A program made the position numbers and the translations under genes. Under the pieces are notes generated by a model. The model made no database searches. It had not been told where the DNA came from and saw nothing but the letters and a program-made list of their open reading frames with translations. Below, piece after piece: positions 8,075 to 18,662 of a stretch of DNA of 35,035 bases (its first letter is position 1; every line of letters starts with the position of its first letter). Source of the DNA: an uncultured Sulfurospirillum sp. (GTDB taxonomy: Bacteria; Campylobacterota; Campylobacteria; Campylobacterales; QNZT01); the NCBI GenBank assembly GCA_964647715.1, contig CAZYJF010000001.1:1-35035 (forward strand), read 5' to 3'.

Positions 8075-10282
8075 GTTAAATTCTATCTTATGTAATCTAT
8101 CATCATCATGTTTATCTACTGGTTTTGTCCATAAGATTTGGATAGGTACACCAAGTGGAGATTTTGGCCACTCTATACCACCACCATAAGATGATCTTTT
8201 GATATCATCAAATGAATCCTCACCTGTATAACCAGTATCAAAGAATGCCACACCTCTAAGCCCCATAGATTTAACCAAAGGTACACTAGCTTCTATCGTT
8301 GCAGTTGCTAACTTTGTAGCACCCTTTAAGTTACCATCTTTATCTTTTGGTGCCAACCAGCCATACTTGTACCCTCTAACAGTTCCGTAACCACCCATGT
8401 ATAGTTTTTCATTCAAAGGGATGAAACCTTTATCATCCATAGAACTAACTCTAAGTTTTCCTCTAATGATAAGATCATAATCGATCTCATCTTCAAATCC
8501 ATGGAAAAACTTTAAAACACCATTGTGTTTTAAAAATTTGGAATCTCCTCCAATACCTGCATACTCTAGAGAGTAACTAGCATAGATACCGTGTCTTGGA
8601 AGATAGTAATCATCAGTGTTGTTGTATGTGATAGATGGGATAATTGAACTCTTTTTAAAACGACCCTCTTGGTAGAAAATATCATTTTTAAGTGTTTCAT
8701 TAACATCTTTTAACTCAGTATCTTCATAAAGATAGGTTAGAGATAGGTGTAAATTTCTTCCTATTTTTCTTCCTAGTCCCAAACTTCCACCAAATGATTT
8801 CTCTTTATAGTTGATATAGTCATATTCATTTCTATATATATTACCACTGAGGCTGTATAGGGAGTCAAAGAGTCTTGGGTTGTTAAAGTTGATACTTCCC
8901 TTTAATCTTTTTTGTGAGTAATCGATGGTAGTTCCTAGTTCTATACCGCTTCCTAAGAAGTTTCTATCACTAATACCTGCATTTACACCAAGCCCATCAT
9001 AACCATCACTATATGTGATACCACCCATGATACTACCAGTACTTGCTTCATCAACTTTTACAAGAAGATCCATCTTCGCAGGAGCTACTTGTTTTGGGAT
9101 GATTTGGACATTGTTGAAGTATCCTGTTCTTTTTAGGGCATTAAGAGAATCTACAAGATCACTTCTTGTAAACTTTTCACCCTCAGATAGATAGAGTTCT
9201 CTTCTTATTACACTATCTTGAGTTCTATTGTTACCAGAAATTGTGATATTGTTTACATATACCTTTTCATTTGGTTGAACTTTATAGACTACATTTACTG
9301 TATGGTTAGCTTTGTCTGGTTGTACATCTGGAACAATTGATGCAAATGCAAATCCTTTATCTGATACAGCTTTTTGAATTTTAGAGATATCGTTTCTTAG
9401 TTTTGTTACATCAAAGGTTTTGTTTGGTTTTAATTTGAATTTCTCTTTTAACTCTTTGATATTGACAACAGAGGGATCAATTTGTACATCTACATTTGAA
9501 ACAGTGTATGGTTCTCCCTCTTCGACTTTATATGTAAGTTCAGCAGAGTAGTCAGAAAAGTTTGTTTTTAAGTATGGAGGATAGACTTTAGCATCTAAGA
9601 AGCCGTGTTTTAGATAAAACTCTTTGATTCTTTGAGCATCAAACTTTAATTGATCTGCTTTTAGTTTACCATCATCTCTACCATAAAACCAACCGGCAAA
9701 TTGTCGTTGTCTGTTTGCTAGTGAATCTTTTATATCATCGTAGCTAAAGTGTTTTGCACCGATTAAATTTACCTTTTTGATATATACAGGTTCACCTTTG
9801 TTGACTAGAACTTTTGTCTCAACACTTCCTGGATTTACCTCTTGCTGTACCACTTCAACACTTGAGTCAAAATATCCTTGAGATTGGAGATTTTTAGTGA
9901 TGTTCTCTTTTATGGTTTTGGCTTTTGTCTCATCATACATATCACCTTTTTTTAAGTTGGCGAGTTTTAGGGTTTGTTCCTTTTTATCATCTGATAAACC
10001 TTCAAGATTTACTCTTGCAATGACTGGTTTTTCTTTTACATGATAGATCAAGACACCATTTTGTTCATCCACCCAAATATCATTAAAATATTTTTGGGCA
10101 TATAATCTTTTAATACTCTGATCTACTCTTAGCTCATCTAACTGTTCACCTTTTTTGATACCTATGATCTCTTTGGCGATATCCGGAGATATGTGCACTA
10201 GACCGTCAAATTTGATATCTTTGATAGTTTGTGATTGAATTGACAAAGCCAATATGGAAGATAAAAAGATACTTTTTTTCAT
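8057..10282 (-). CDS. bamA: Outer membrane protein assembly factor BamA
   Basis: 741 aa. Signal peptide, POTRA-repeat N-terminal half, C-terminal beta-barrel ending in the aromatic residue ...GRKF. Its 3' end overlaps ppx by 18 nt. Confidence 0.93.
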   Translation of the reverse strand: MKKSIFLSSILALSIQSQTIKDIKFDGLVHISPDIAKEIIGIKKGEQLDELRVDQSIKRLYAQKYFNDIWVDEQNGVLIYHVKEKPVIARVNLEGLSDDKKEQTLKLANLKKGDMYDETKAKTIKENITKNLQSQGYFDSSVEVVQQEVNPGSVETKVLVNKGEPVYIKKVNLIGAKHFSYDDIKDSLANRQRQFAGWFYGRDDGKLKADQLKFDAQRIKEFYLKHGFLDAKVYPPYLKTNFSDYSAELTYKVEEGEPYTVSNVDVQIDPSVVNIKELKEKFKLKPNKTFDVTKLRNDISKIQKAVSDKGFAFASIVPDVQPDKANHTVNVVYKVQPNEKVYVNNITISGNNRTQDSVIRRELYLSEGEKFTRSDLVDSLNALKRTGYFNNVQIIPKQVAPAKMDLLVKVDEASTGSIMGGITYSDGYDGLGVNAGISDRNFLGSGIELGTTIDYSQKRLKGSINFNNPRLFDSLYSLSGNIYRNEYDYINYKEKSFGGSLGLGRKIGRNLHLSLTYLYEDTELKDVNETLKNDIFYQEGRFKKSSIIPSITYNNTDDYYLPRHGIYASYSLEYAGIGGDSKFLKHNGVLKFFHGFEDEIDYDLIIRGKLRVSSMDDKGFIPLNEKLYMGGYGTVRGYKYGWLAPKDKDGNLKGATKLATATIEASVPLVKSMGLRGVAFFDTGYTGEDSFDDIKRSSYGGGIEWPKSPLGVPIQILWTKPVDKHDDDRLHKIEFNLGRKF

Positions 10283-10362
10283 AAAGTTAACCTTATATTA
10301 TAGTTTGATAAGATACCATAATATCATATTAATCTTATTATATAGTAAATAAAAGTAGGTAA

Positions 10363-11193
10363 GTGATGAAGGTTGGGATTGTAGGATTGGGCTTGATGGG
10401 AGGGTCATTTGCTATGGCTCTTAAAGAGAGTGGTTTGGATGTGGAAATTTTAGGATTTGACCACAATAAATCCAATATGAAAGAGGCTAAAGAAATTGGA
10501 TTTGTAGATAAGATAGCAAGCTTTGAAGAGATAAAAAGTGCTGATCTAATCATTCTAGCAATTCCTGTGAGTGCTATCATAGAGTATTTAAATAATTTAA
10601 ACTCTCTGCGAGAAGATCAGACTATCATTGATCTAGGAAGTACCAAGGGTTTAATCATAGAAAACTGTCCCAAAGAGATTCGAAAAAATTTAGTAGCAGT
10701 TCATCCGATGGCTGGTACTGAAAAATCTGGTCCTAATGCTGCCATAAGTTCTCTGTACAAAGATAAGGTAGTTGTTTTTTGTGATTTTGAAGATAGTGGT
10801 CTTTTGCAACAAAAACTAGCCCAAAAAATCTTTAATTCATTGAAAATGAAGATAGTCTATATGGATGCAAATGAGCATGATAGACATGCCTCTTATATCT
10901 CTCATCTTCCTCATGCTATGAGTTTTGCCTTGGCAAATACTGTGCTTTCTCAAGAAGATCCACAAAGTATTTTAGCACTTGCTGGTGGAGGCTTTAAGGA
11001 TGTGAGTAGAATTGCCAAATCATCACCTGCTATGTGGACTGATATTTTCAAACAAAATAGAGTCCATCTTTTAGAGTCAATTGATGATTTTGAAAATGAG
11101 CTTAAGAGGGTTAAAGATATGATAAAGAAGGAGCGTTGGGAAGAGTTGTATGAGTGGATTAGTAGTGCAAATAAATTGCACAAAATCCTATGA
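10363..11193 (+). CDS. tyrA: Prephenate dehydrogenase
   Basis: 276 aa. Rossmann motif VGIVGLGLMGGSFA and the HPMAG motif. The real start is probably ATG at 10366; 10363 is GTG. Confidence 0.88.
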   Translation: MMKVGIVGLGLMGGSFAMALKESGLDVEILGFDHNKSNMKEAKEIGFVDKIASFEEIKSADLIILAIPVSAIIEYLNNLNSLREDQTIIDLGSTKGLIIENCPKEIRKNLVAVHPMAGTEKSGPNAAISSLYKDKVVVFCDFEDSGLLQQKLAQKIFNSLKMKIVYMDANEHDRHASYISHLPHAMSFALANTVLSQEDPQSILALAGGGFKDVSRIAKSSPAMWTDIFKQNRVHLLESIDDFENELKRVKDMIKKERWEELYEWISSANKLHKIL

Positions 11194-13548
11194 ATTTAAC
11201 TTGATAAAATCAAATAGCAACTCTTTTGGCAAGGCTTCACTAAATAGGTATCCTTGCATAAGCTTGCAACCTCTTTCTTTTAGAAATTTCATCTGCTCTT
11301 TTGTCTCAACACCTTCTGCAACTATATCTAGCTTTAGCTGTTTTGCTAGAGTGATTATCATCTGCGTTATGATAACATCATCAGCATCATGGGGAATATC
11401 ATCGATAAAAGATTTGTCAATCTTTAACTTTGAAACTGAGAGTTTTTTTAATCTTGATAGTGAAGAGTATCCTGTTCCAAAGTCATCTATTGCTGTATCA
11501 ATACCTAACTCTTTTAAGTTTGCAATTGTCTTATCTGTCTCTTCAATATTATCCATCAAAAAGCTTTCAGTTACTTCAAGTTCAAGCTGTTTAGGATCTA
11601 TATTTGTCTCTTTTACTATCGTTTTTACAGTCTGCTCCAAATGGTTTTGACTTAACTGTTTGGATGAGATGTTTACAGCAATTTTTTGTTTAAATCCAGC
11701 ATTTTCAAGCTCTTTTATCTGTTTACAAACTGCCTTGATGATATATTTTCCTATCTTTACCATCAAACCACCATCTTCAGCAAGAGGTATAAAGTGATCT
11801 GGAGTTATTATCCCAAATTTAGGGTGTTCCCAGCGAATTAGTGCTTCAAATGAGACAACCCTTTTCTCCTCTACATCAAAGATTGGTTGATAGTAGATCT
11901 GTAGTTCATCTTTATCGATAGCACTTCTTAGGTTGTTTGTCAGTTCAAGTTTTTCACTTGCATCTGAGGTCATATCCTCTGTGAAGTATCGATAGACATT
12001 TTTACCCTCATGTTTTGCTTTATACATAGCAAGGTCGGCATTTTTTATCAATTGTTCAATTTGAGGTGCATCATCTGGAAAGATAGATATACCAACACTA
12101 GCACCGATATAGCCCATCTCATTTTTTAGTTTGATAGGAGTTGATAGTGCATCGATTATCTTTTGAGCAACGATTGAAGGGTAGGTGACATCTTTGATAT
12201 CATCTAGGATGATTGTAAATTCATCTCCTCCAAGTCTTGATACGACATCTTCAGCTCTTAGAATTGCTTTTACTCTTTTTGCTACCTCTTGAAGTAACAA
12301 GTCACCATAATCGTGTCCTAGTGTGTCATTTATCATCTTAAAGTTATCAAGATCGATAAACATCAGGGCTATTTTACTTTTATTTCTATTTGCTTTTGAG
12401 ATCATAGCCTCAAGAGAGTTGTGAAACATCGTTCTATTTGGAAGAGAAGTAAGGGTGTCATAGTGAGCTAATCTGTTTAGCTTGTCTTGCACTTTCTTTT
12501 GTGGTGTGATATCAGAGTAGATACCACCTATTAGATGTTTGTCATCTTTGTTTATTAGAAACTTGTGAACATTGAAGTATTTGGTAGTTCCCTCTTTTGT
12601 ATTGAATTTATGTTCGATAAGATCAGCACCATGACTTAGTACTCTTTTGTCACTTTCGATAAGAATTTCTCTATCATCGCTTGTAAATAGTTCGTGAAAG
12701 TTTAATCCCTCTAAGGATTCTTTATCAAAGAGTTTGTTTAAGTAGGTATTTGAAAATATAAAATCACCCTTTTCATCTCTGATAAATGCACCAGCAGGTA
12801 GGTTGTTCATAAATAGAGTAAATTGCTCTTGTGACTCTTTTAGAGCTATTTGAGCCTCTTTTATATCTGTTATATCTTTGATAAAACCTGTCATTTTAAC
12901 AGGTCTGTTTTTCTCATCAAAACTAGCCTGTCCACTTATGGCAACCCATCTAGTTTTGCCTTGAACTTTTATTCTGTGTTCTTGTTTGAAACTATCTATC
13001 TGTTTGCTTAGATAACTCTCTAACTCTTTTAGAACTTTGCTCTTATCTCTTGGATCAATTCTTTCTATCCAAGTCTCTATTTGAGGTCTTACATTAGCAG
13101 ATTCTATCCCTAAGATTTCTTTAAATCTGTTTGAAAAGTTAGCCTCTTTTTTGAGTATATCCCAATCCCAAAGACCCTCATTTGATGAGAGTGATGCTAT
13201 CTCATATTTTTCTTTTAGAGAGTGGAGCATATTTTTGGCTTTTACCTGATCTGTGATATCCACTATAACTCCAAGAGTTCCCTCATCTACTTCTATGATA
13301 TAAGTGTATGTATCTATCTCTTTATCTAATTCATTTTTTACTTTTAGGTTAAATTTCTTTTGATTTGTTGTATTTAAACTAGATATGGCATCAAGTATCT
13401 TTTTTGAGTTTTGACCTGCAAAGCGATCAAATGCTTCATTTGTGATGAAGTTTTTGTTATCACTTTTTTTGTAGAACATAGGCAGTGGAAATTGTTCTAT
13501 CAAGCTCTCAAGTAATGTATGTTTCTTATCTTTTTGTGCAAATAGCAT
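11188..13548 (-). CDS. Cytoplasmic PAS-PAS-GGDEF-EAL cyclic-di-GMP signalling protein
   Basis: 786 aa with no TM segment. PAS-like repeats in the N-terminal part, an intact GGDEF motif (RLGGDEFTII), and EAL-domain motifs (EALIRW, DDFGTGYSS). Confidence 0.92.
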   Translation of the reverse strand: MLFAQKDKKHTLLESLIEQFPLPMFYKKSDNKNFITNEAFDRFAGQNSKKILDAISSLNTTNQKKFNLKVKNELDKEIDTYTYIIEVDEGTLGVIVDITDQVKAKNMLHSLKEKYEIASLSSNEGLWDWDILKKEANFSNRFKEILGIESANVRPQIETWIERIDPRDKSKVLKELESYLSKQIDSFKQEHRIKVQGKTRWVAISGQASFDEKNRPVKMTGFIKDITDIKEAQIALKESQEQFTLFMNNLPAGAFIRDEKGDFIFSNTYLNKLFDKESLEGLNFHELFTSDDREILIESDKRVLSHGADLIEHKFNTKEGTTKYFNVHKFLINKDDKHLIGGIYSDITPQKKVQDKLNRLAHYDTLTSLPNRTMFHNSLEAMISKANRNKSKIALMFIDLDNFKMINDTLGHDYGDLLLQEVAKRVKAILRAEDVVSRLGGDEFTIILDDIKDVTYPSIVAQKIIDALSTPIKLKNEMGYIGASVGISIFPDDAPQIEQLIKNADLAMYKAKHEGKNVYRYFTEDMTSDASEKLELTNNLRSAIDKDELQIYYQPIFDVEEKRVVSFEALIRWEHPKFGIITPDHFIPLAEDGGLMVKIGKYIIKAVCKQIKELENAGFKQKIAVNISSKQLSQNHLEQTVKTIVKETNIDPKQLELEVTESFLMDNIEETDKTIANLKELGIDTAIDDFGTGYSSLSRLKKLSVSKLKIDKSFIDDIPHDADDVIITQMIITLAKQLKLDIVAEGVETKEQMKFLKERGCKLMQGYLFSEALPKELLFDFIKLNS

Positions 13549-13679
13549 TCTATATCCTCGAATAAATTTTAACTAGTTTGAGTTTTATTTTCATAATATC
13601 GGCTAATTTAAAATAAAATGAAATGGCAAGATAACTTTGTGTAAAATTGTACAGGTTTTAAGTAAATTTAGGGGAAAAA

Positions 13680-16600
13680 ATGGGAGAGACAAGCTTTACA
13701 CATCTGCATCTACATACCGAGTATTCGCTACTTGATGGAGCAAACAAGATAAAAGATTTAGCCAAAAGAGTCAAAGAGCTTGGTATGGATTCAGTGGCGA
13801 TAACAGATCACGGAAATATGTTTGGTGCGATAGATTTTTATACTACTATGAGAAAAGAGGGTATCAAGCCAATTATTGGGATGGAAGCTTATATCCACAA
13901 TCAAGATGACTTAAGTGATAAAACCACAAAGCAGAGATTTCACCTGTGTCTATATGCCAAAAATGAAGTTGGTTATAAAAATTTGATGTATTTAAGCTCT
14001 ATGAGTTATCTAAAAGGGTTTTATTACTATCCAAGGATCAATAAAAAACTTCTAAGAGAAAGAAGTGAAGGGCTTATCTGTTCGGCTGCTTGTCTTCAAG
14101 GAGAGATCAACTGGCATTTAAATTTGGCAAATGAGAGAAACAAAAAATTTGGTGCAGGAGGATATGAGAGAGCTAAAGAGATAGCTTTAGAGTATAAAGA
14201 GATATTTGGTGATGATTTTTATCTTGAATTGATGCGTCACGGTATCGGTGATCAGCACTACATAGATGAGCAGATTATTAAACTCTCCCAAGAGACAGGT
14301 ATCAAAATAATAGCAACAAATGATACTCACTATCCAAGCCAAGAGTATGCCGAGGCTCATGAAGCATTTATGTGTATTGCTATGAATAAGGAGTATGACG
14401 ACCCAAATAGACTAAGACACTCAGTGCATGAGTTTTTTGTAAAATCTCCACAACAGATGCTTGATCTTTTTTCTGATATACCAGAAGCTGTTGCTAATAC
14501 TCAAGAGATAGCAAACAAGTGCAATCTTGAGATCAAGCTTGGAAATCCAACACCACCAAACTTCAAGTTTGTCAAAGAGTATGCCATCAATGACGGAGTG
14601 CCAGAGCTTGATAATGATGCAGACTATTTTATCTATAAATGCAAAGAGGGATTAAAAGAGAGATTAAAACATATAGACGAAGATGAGCATCAAAGGTATT
14701 GGGATAGATTAGATTATGAGATGGATATCATCAACAGTATGAATTTCCCAGGATATATGCTCATCGTTTGGGAGTTTATCGAGTATGCTAAGAAAAATGG
14801 GGTACCGGTGGGACCTGGCCGTGGATCGGCAGCTGGTAGTTTGGTCGCATATTCATTGAAAATCACAGATATCGATCCTCTAAAATATAACCTTCTTTTT
14901 GAGAGATTTCTAAATCCTGAAAGAGTCAGTATGCCAGATATCGATATCGACTTTTGCCAACAAAGACGGGGGGAAGTGATAGATTATGTGGTACAAAAGT
15001 ATGGTAGAAACAATGTAGCACAAGTTATCACATTTGGTAAACTTTTGGCAAAAGGAGTTATCAGAGATGTCGCTAGAGTGATGGCGATGCCTTATGCTCA
15101 GGCAGACCAAATGGCAAAGCTCATCCCTGATGAGTTAGGTATCACTTTAGAAGTGGCATTTGAGAAAGAGCCAAAGATAAAAGAGTTGATTGAGTCTGAT
15201 CCACTTGCAAAAAGAGTGTGGGAGTTCTCTTTAGCACTTGAGGGATTAAATAGAAACTCTGGTATGCATGCTGCTGGTGTGGTTCTTAGCAATGAAGAGC
15301 TTTGGCATAAGGCACCTCTTTATAAACCATCAGGCGAAAATGCTCAGTATGTGACACAATACTCACTAAAATATCTTGAAGATGTTGATCTAATCAAGTT
15401 TGACTTTTTGGGATTAAAAACTCTAACAGTTATCGATGATGCGATTAAGTTGATTGAGAAGAATCACAATAAAAAGATAGACTTTCAACAGATAGATTTT
15501 AATGACAAGAAGGTCTATGATCTTATCCAAAGTGGACACACCATTGGACTCTTCCAGATAGAATCTGATGGAATGCAATCACTAAATGAGAGGTTAAGTC
15601 CAACAAACTTTGAAGATATCATCGCGGTCTTGGCTCTATATAGACCAGGCCCTATGGAATCAGGAATGCTTGATGATTTTATCGAGAGGAAGCATGGAAG
15701 AGCAAAAATTACTTATATGTTCCCTGAGCTTGAGCCTATTTTAAAACCTACCTATGGGGTAATCGTATATCAAGAGCAGGTTATGCAGATAGTGCAAACT
15801 ATTGGTGGATTTACCCTTGGTGGAGCCGATGTGGTAAGACGGGCGATGGGTAAAAAGATCAAAGAGGAGATGGATAGACTAAAGGGCGAGTTTGCCGATG
15901 GAGCTTCTAAAAAAGGCTTTGATAGAGAAAAAGCTGAAGAACTCTTTGATCTAATCGTAAAATTTGCCGGATATGGATTTAATAAATCTCACTCTGCTGC
16001 ATATGCGATGGTTACATTTGAGACTTCATATCTAAAGGCTTATTATCCGGCTGAATTTATGTCTGCACTACTAACAAGTGAAGCTGACAATACAGACAAA
16101 ATAGTCAAGTATGTAGATGAGGTTAAAAGACTTGGGATTGATCTTTTGCCTCCATCAATCACTCACTCTCAAATCTCTTTTGCTCCTAGCCACGATGAAG
16201 AGAGCGATGCTATTTTATTTGGTTTGGGAGCTATTAAGGGAGTTGGTAGCAAGGCGATAGAGTCTATTTTGGAGGCTAGAGAAGAAAAAGAGTTTGAAGA
16301 TTTGAGTGATTTTGTAGCAAGGATAGATAGTTCTAAAGTAAACAAAAGAGTGCTTGAAGCTTTGATAAAAAGTGGTGCCATGGATAGCTTTGGGTATTCT
16401 CGTAGAGCTATGTTAGATCAGATAGAGAAGATTGTTACAGTTGCAGGTGAAGTAAATAGAGCTAAAAAGATGGCAGAAAATTCTCTTTTTGGTGAAGATA
16501 GTGAGCTTACAAATATCAAAGTTGAGATTGATAACCTTGAGGAGTATGATAAGAAGGTGATTTTGGAGCTTGAAAAAGAGACTCTTGGCTTTTATGTAAG

Positions 16601-17192
16601 TGGTCATCCTCTTGATGAGTTTAGAGAAGAGATTGATGCTATAAAATATACACTCTCAAGTGAAATAGACACACTTGCAGATGGAACGAAGACTCTTTTT
16701 ATCGGTAAGGTTGAGAGTGTGACAACCAAGATCAGTAAAAAGGGTAATAAGTTTGGAATTGTCAATCTCATGGACTTTCACGGCAATATAGAGATGATGA
16801 TCTTTGAGAGAATGATGGTTCAACTAGCCATGATGGATCAAAACAGACCTGTTGTATTTAAGGTGACTATTAGTAAAGATGACAGGGGACATAGCATAAA
16901 GGTAAATAAGATATTGGCATTAGAAGAGGCTAAAAAAGAGAAGATTGAGATCAAAAAAGAGGTGATTGAGGAGAAGCCAAAGTCTCCGATTTTTGTAAAA
17001 ATCGAGTTAAGAGATGAGTTGAATGTTTTAGATGAGCTTCATCAACTCATCATGAAGTATCCCGGCCGTTCACCTCTTAAACTGATACTTTCGTCAAAAC
17101 TTCAAGATGTCATCATCGAGTCTAAGATTTGGGTTAGTGAAAATATCGTGGAAGAACTTGAAAAAATCACATCTTTGAAGGTGGCTGTTTAA
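13680..17192 (+). CDS. dnaE: DNA polymerase III alpha subunit
   Basis: 1170 aa. PHP-domain start HLHLHTEYSLLDG and the polymerase core motif GYGFNKSHSAAYA. AGGGGA RBS upstream. Confidence 0.97.
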   Translation: MGETSFTHLHLHTEYSLLDGANKIKDLAKRVKELGMDSVAITDHGNMFGAIDFYTTMRKEGIKPIIGMEAYIHNQDDLSDKTTKQRFHLCLYAKNEVGYKNLMYLSSMSYLKGFYYYPRINKKLLRERSEGLICSAACLQGEINWHLNLANERNKKFGAGGYERAKEIALEYKEIFGDDFYLELMRHGIGDQHYIDEQIIKLSQETGIKIIATNDTHYPSQEYAEAHEAFMCIAMNKEYDDPNRLRHSVHEFFVKSPQQMLDLFSDIPEAVANTQEIANKCNLEIKLGNPTPPNFKFVKEYAINDGVPELDNDADYFIYKCKEGLKERLKHIDEDEHQRYWDRLDYEMDIINSMNFPGYMLIVWEFIEYAKKNGVPVGPGRGSAAGSLVAYSLKITDIDPLKYNLLFERFLNPERVSMPDIDIDFCQQRRGEVIDYVVQKYGRNNVAQVITFGKLLAKGVIRDVARVMAMPYAQADQMAKLIPDELGITLEVAFEKEPKIKELIESDPLAKRVWEFSLALEGLNRNSGMHAAGVVLSNEELWHKAPLYKPSGENAQYVTQYSLKYLEDVDLIKFDFLGLKTLTVIDDAIKLIEKNHNKKIDFQQIDFNDKKVYDLIQSGHTIGLFQIESDGMQSLNERLSPTNFEDIIAVLALYRPGPMESGMLDDFIERKHGRAKITYMFPELEPILKPTYGVIVYQEQVMQIVQTIGGFTLGGADVVRRAMGKKIKEEMDRLKGEFADGASKKGFDREKAEELFDLIVKFAGYGFNKSHSAAYAMVTFETSYLKAYYPAEFMSALLTSEADNTDKIVKYVDEVKRLGIDLLPPSITHSQISFAPSHDEESDAILFGLGAIKGVGSKAIESILEAREEKEFEDLSDFVARIDSSKVNKRVLEALIKSGAMDSFGYSRRAMLDQIEKIVTVAGEVNRAKKMAENSLFGEDSELTNIKVEIDNLEEYDKKVILELEKETLGFYVSGHPLDEFREEIDAIKYTLSSEIDTLADGTKTLFIGKVESVTTKISKKGNKFGIVNLMDFHGNIEMMIFERMMVQLAMMDQNRPVVFKVTISKDDRGHSIKVNKILALEEAKKEKIEIKKEVIEEKPKSPIFVKIELRDELNVLDELHQLIMKYPGRSPLKLILSSKLQDVIIESKIWVSENIVEELEKITSLKVAV

Positions 17193-17296
17193 GATTAAAT
17201 ATAAGTTTTACTTCTATATTAATAAAAATTAATCATATTTAAGAAAGTTACTTTATGCGATAATTGTGGTCAATTTAAATTAACATAGGAGGCATT

Positions 17297-18643
17297 ATGT
17301 CAAAGAAACTCTCTTTAACCAGTAAGGTTCTTATTGGTATGGCACTTGGTATCATCGTCGGTTTAGCTATTAATCTACTTGGCTTAAATGCAGAAGGCTC
17401 GTGGATAAATACCTATATCGTCAATGGTCTTTTTAATATCGTAGGTAAGATGTTTGTTACCGCACTTAAGATGCTTGTTGTGCCATTGGTGCTATTTTCT
17501 TTAATAACTGGTGTTTTAGGTATCGGTGATATTAGAGAACTGGGAAAAGTTGGTGCTAAGTCGTTTGTCTTGTATCTACTTACTACTGCTATAGCTATTG
17601 CCTTAGCTATCACTTTGGCTGCTGGAATTGGTATAGGTGAGGGTGTTCATCTAACTAGTGCTGCTACATTTACGGGGAAAGAGGCTCCTCCTCTTAGTTC
17701 TGTACTTATCAATATCATACCAAGTAATGTTATTGATGCTATGGCAAAAGGTAGTATGCTTCAAATTATCTTTTTCTCTATAATGCTGGGAATTTCGATA
17801 TTGATGGTTGGTAAGAAGGCAAAGCCTTTAGTAGATTTGATAGAGATTGCAAATGAGATTATGATGAAAATGGTAAATATTATCATGGCTATTGCACCTT
17901 ATGCAGTGTTTGCACTTTTGGCAAAAGCATTTGCAAATCTTGGATTGGGTCTGCTTCAAGATCTAGCCGGTTATGTTCTTGTCTTGATTGGTGCTTTGAT
18001 GATACATCTATTTGTAACATTGATGATTATACTAAAAGTCTTTTCTGGAAAAAGTCCTGCAATGTTTCTTAAAAAAGCAAGAGAGATGCAGATATTTGCA
18101 TTTTCGACCTCTAGTTCAAATGCGACAATCCCAGTAACTCTAAGAGTAGTAACTAAAAAGCTGGGTGTAGATAACTCAGTAGCATCATTTACTGTACCTT
18201 TTGGTGCAACGATAAATATGGATGGAACGGCTATCATGCAAGGTGTTGCGACTGTTTTTATCGCAAATGCTTATGGTGTGCATTTAGGACTTACTGGTTA
18301 TTTGACAGTTATTTTAATGTCTGTTTTAGCTTCGATTGGAACTGCTGGAGTTCCAGGTGTGGGTCTTATAATGTTATCTATGGTCTTTGCTCAAGTTGGT
18401 TTACCGATAGAGGGAATTGGACTAATCTTAGGAGTTGATAGATTGCTAGATATGATTAGAACAGCTGTGAATGTCTCTGGTGATGCTGTTGTTTCTGTGA
18501 TAGTAGGAAAAAGTGAGAAAAAGCTTAATGAGAGGATTTATGATGACCCAGATGCAGGTATTATCACTGACGAAGAGTTAGATATATCTGATGAGGTAGA
18601 AAAGGAATTTTCCGAAGAGATAAATAGACTAAGTCATAAGTAA
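17297..18643 (+). CDS. Dicarboxylate/amino acid:cation symporter (DAACS/GltP family)
   Basis: 448-aa polytopic protein. Motifs FSTSSSNATIPV, GATINMDGTA and GVDRLLDMIRTAVNVSGDA. Strong TAGGAGG RBS. Confidence 0.9.
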   Translation: MSKKLSLTSKVLIGMALGIIVGLAINLLGLNAEGSWINTYIVNGLFNIVGKMFVTALKMLVVPLVLFSLITGVLGIGDIRELGKVGAKSFVLYLLTTAIAIALAITLAAGIGIGEGVHLTSAATFTGKEAPPLSSVLINIIPSNVIDAMAKGSMLQIIFFSIMLGISILMVGKKAKPLVDLIEIANEIMMKMVNIIMAIAPYAVFALLAKAFANLGLGLLQDLAGYVLVLIGALMIHLFVTLMIILKVFSGKSPAMFLKKAREMQIFAFSTSSSNATIPVTLRVVTKKLGVDNSVASFTVPFGATINMDGTAIMQGVATVFIANAYGVHLGLTGYLTVILMSVLASIGTAGVPGVGLIMLSMVFAQVGLPIEGIGLILGVDRLLDMIRTAVNVSGDAVVSVIVGKSEKKLNERIYDDPDAGIITDEELDISDEVEKEFSEEINRLSHK

Positions 18644-18662
18644 AGATAAAAAGGAGTTTGAT

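Noticed and set aside
11150-11650. 166-aa plus-strand ORF, and similar ORFs from the track at 2675-2962, 5062-5256, 6012-6275, 6733-7041, 10338-10580, 10950-11183, 14910-15292, 16169-16607, 17413-17613, 17971-18237, 19197-19424, 20728-21078, 22263-22527, 23601-23786, 25329-25526, 25975-26220, 26331-26708, 26925-27296, 28286-28489, 31844-32050, 32462-32662 and 34588-34926.
   Set aside because: All lie antisense to, or out of frame within, well-supported conserved genes. They have low-complexity, Ser/Leu/Phe/Ile-rich translations typical of shadow ORFs in AT-rich DNA, and they lack an RBS. There is no evidence for overlapping genes.
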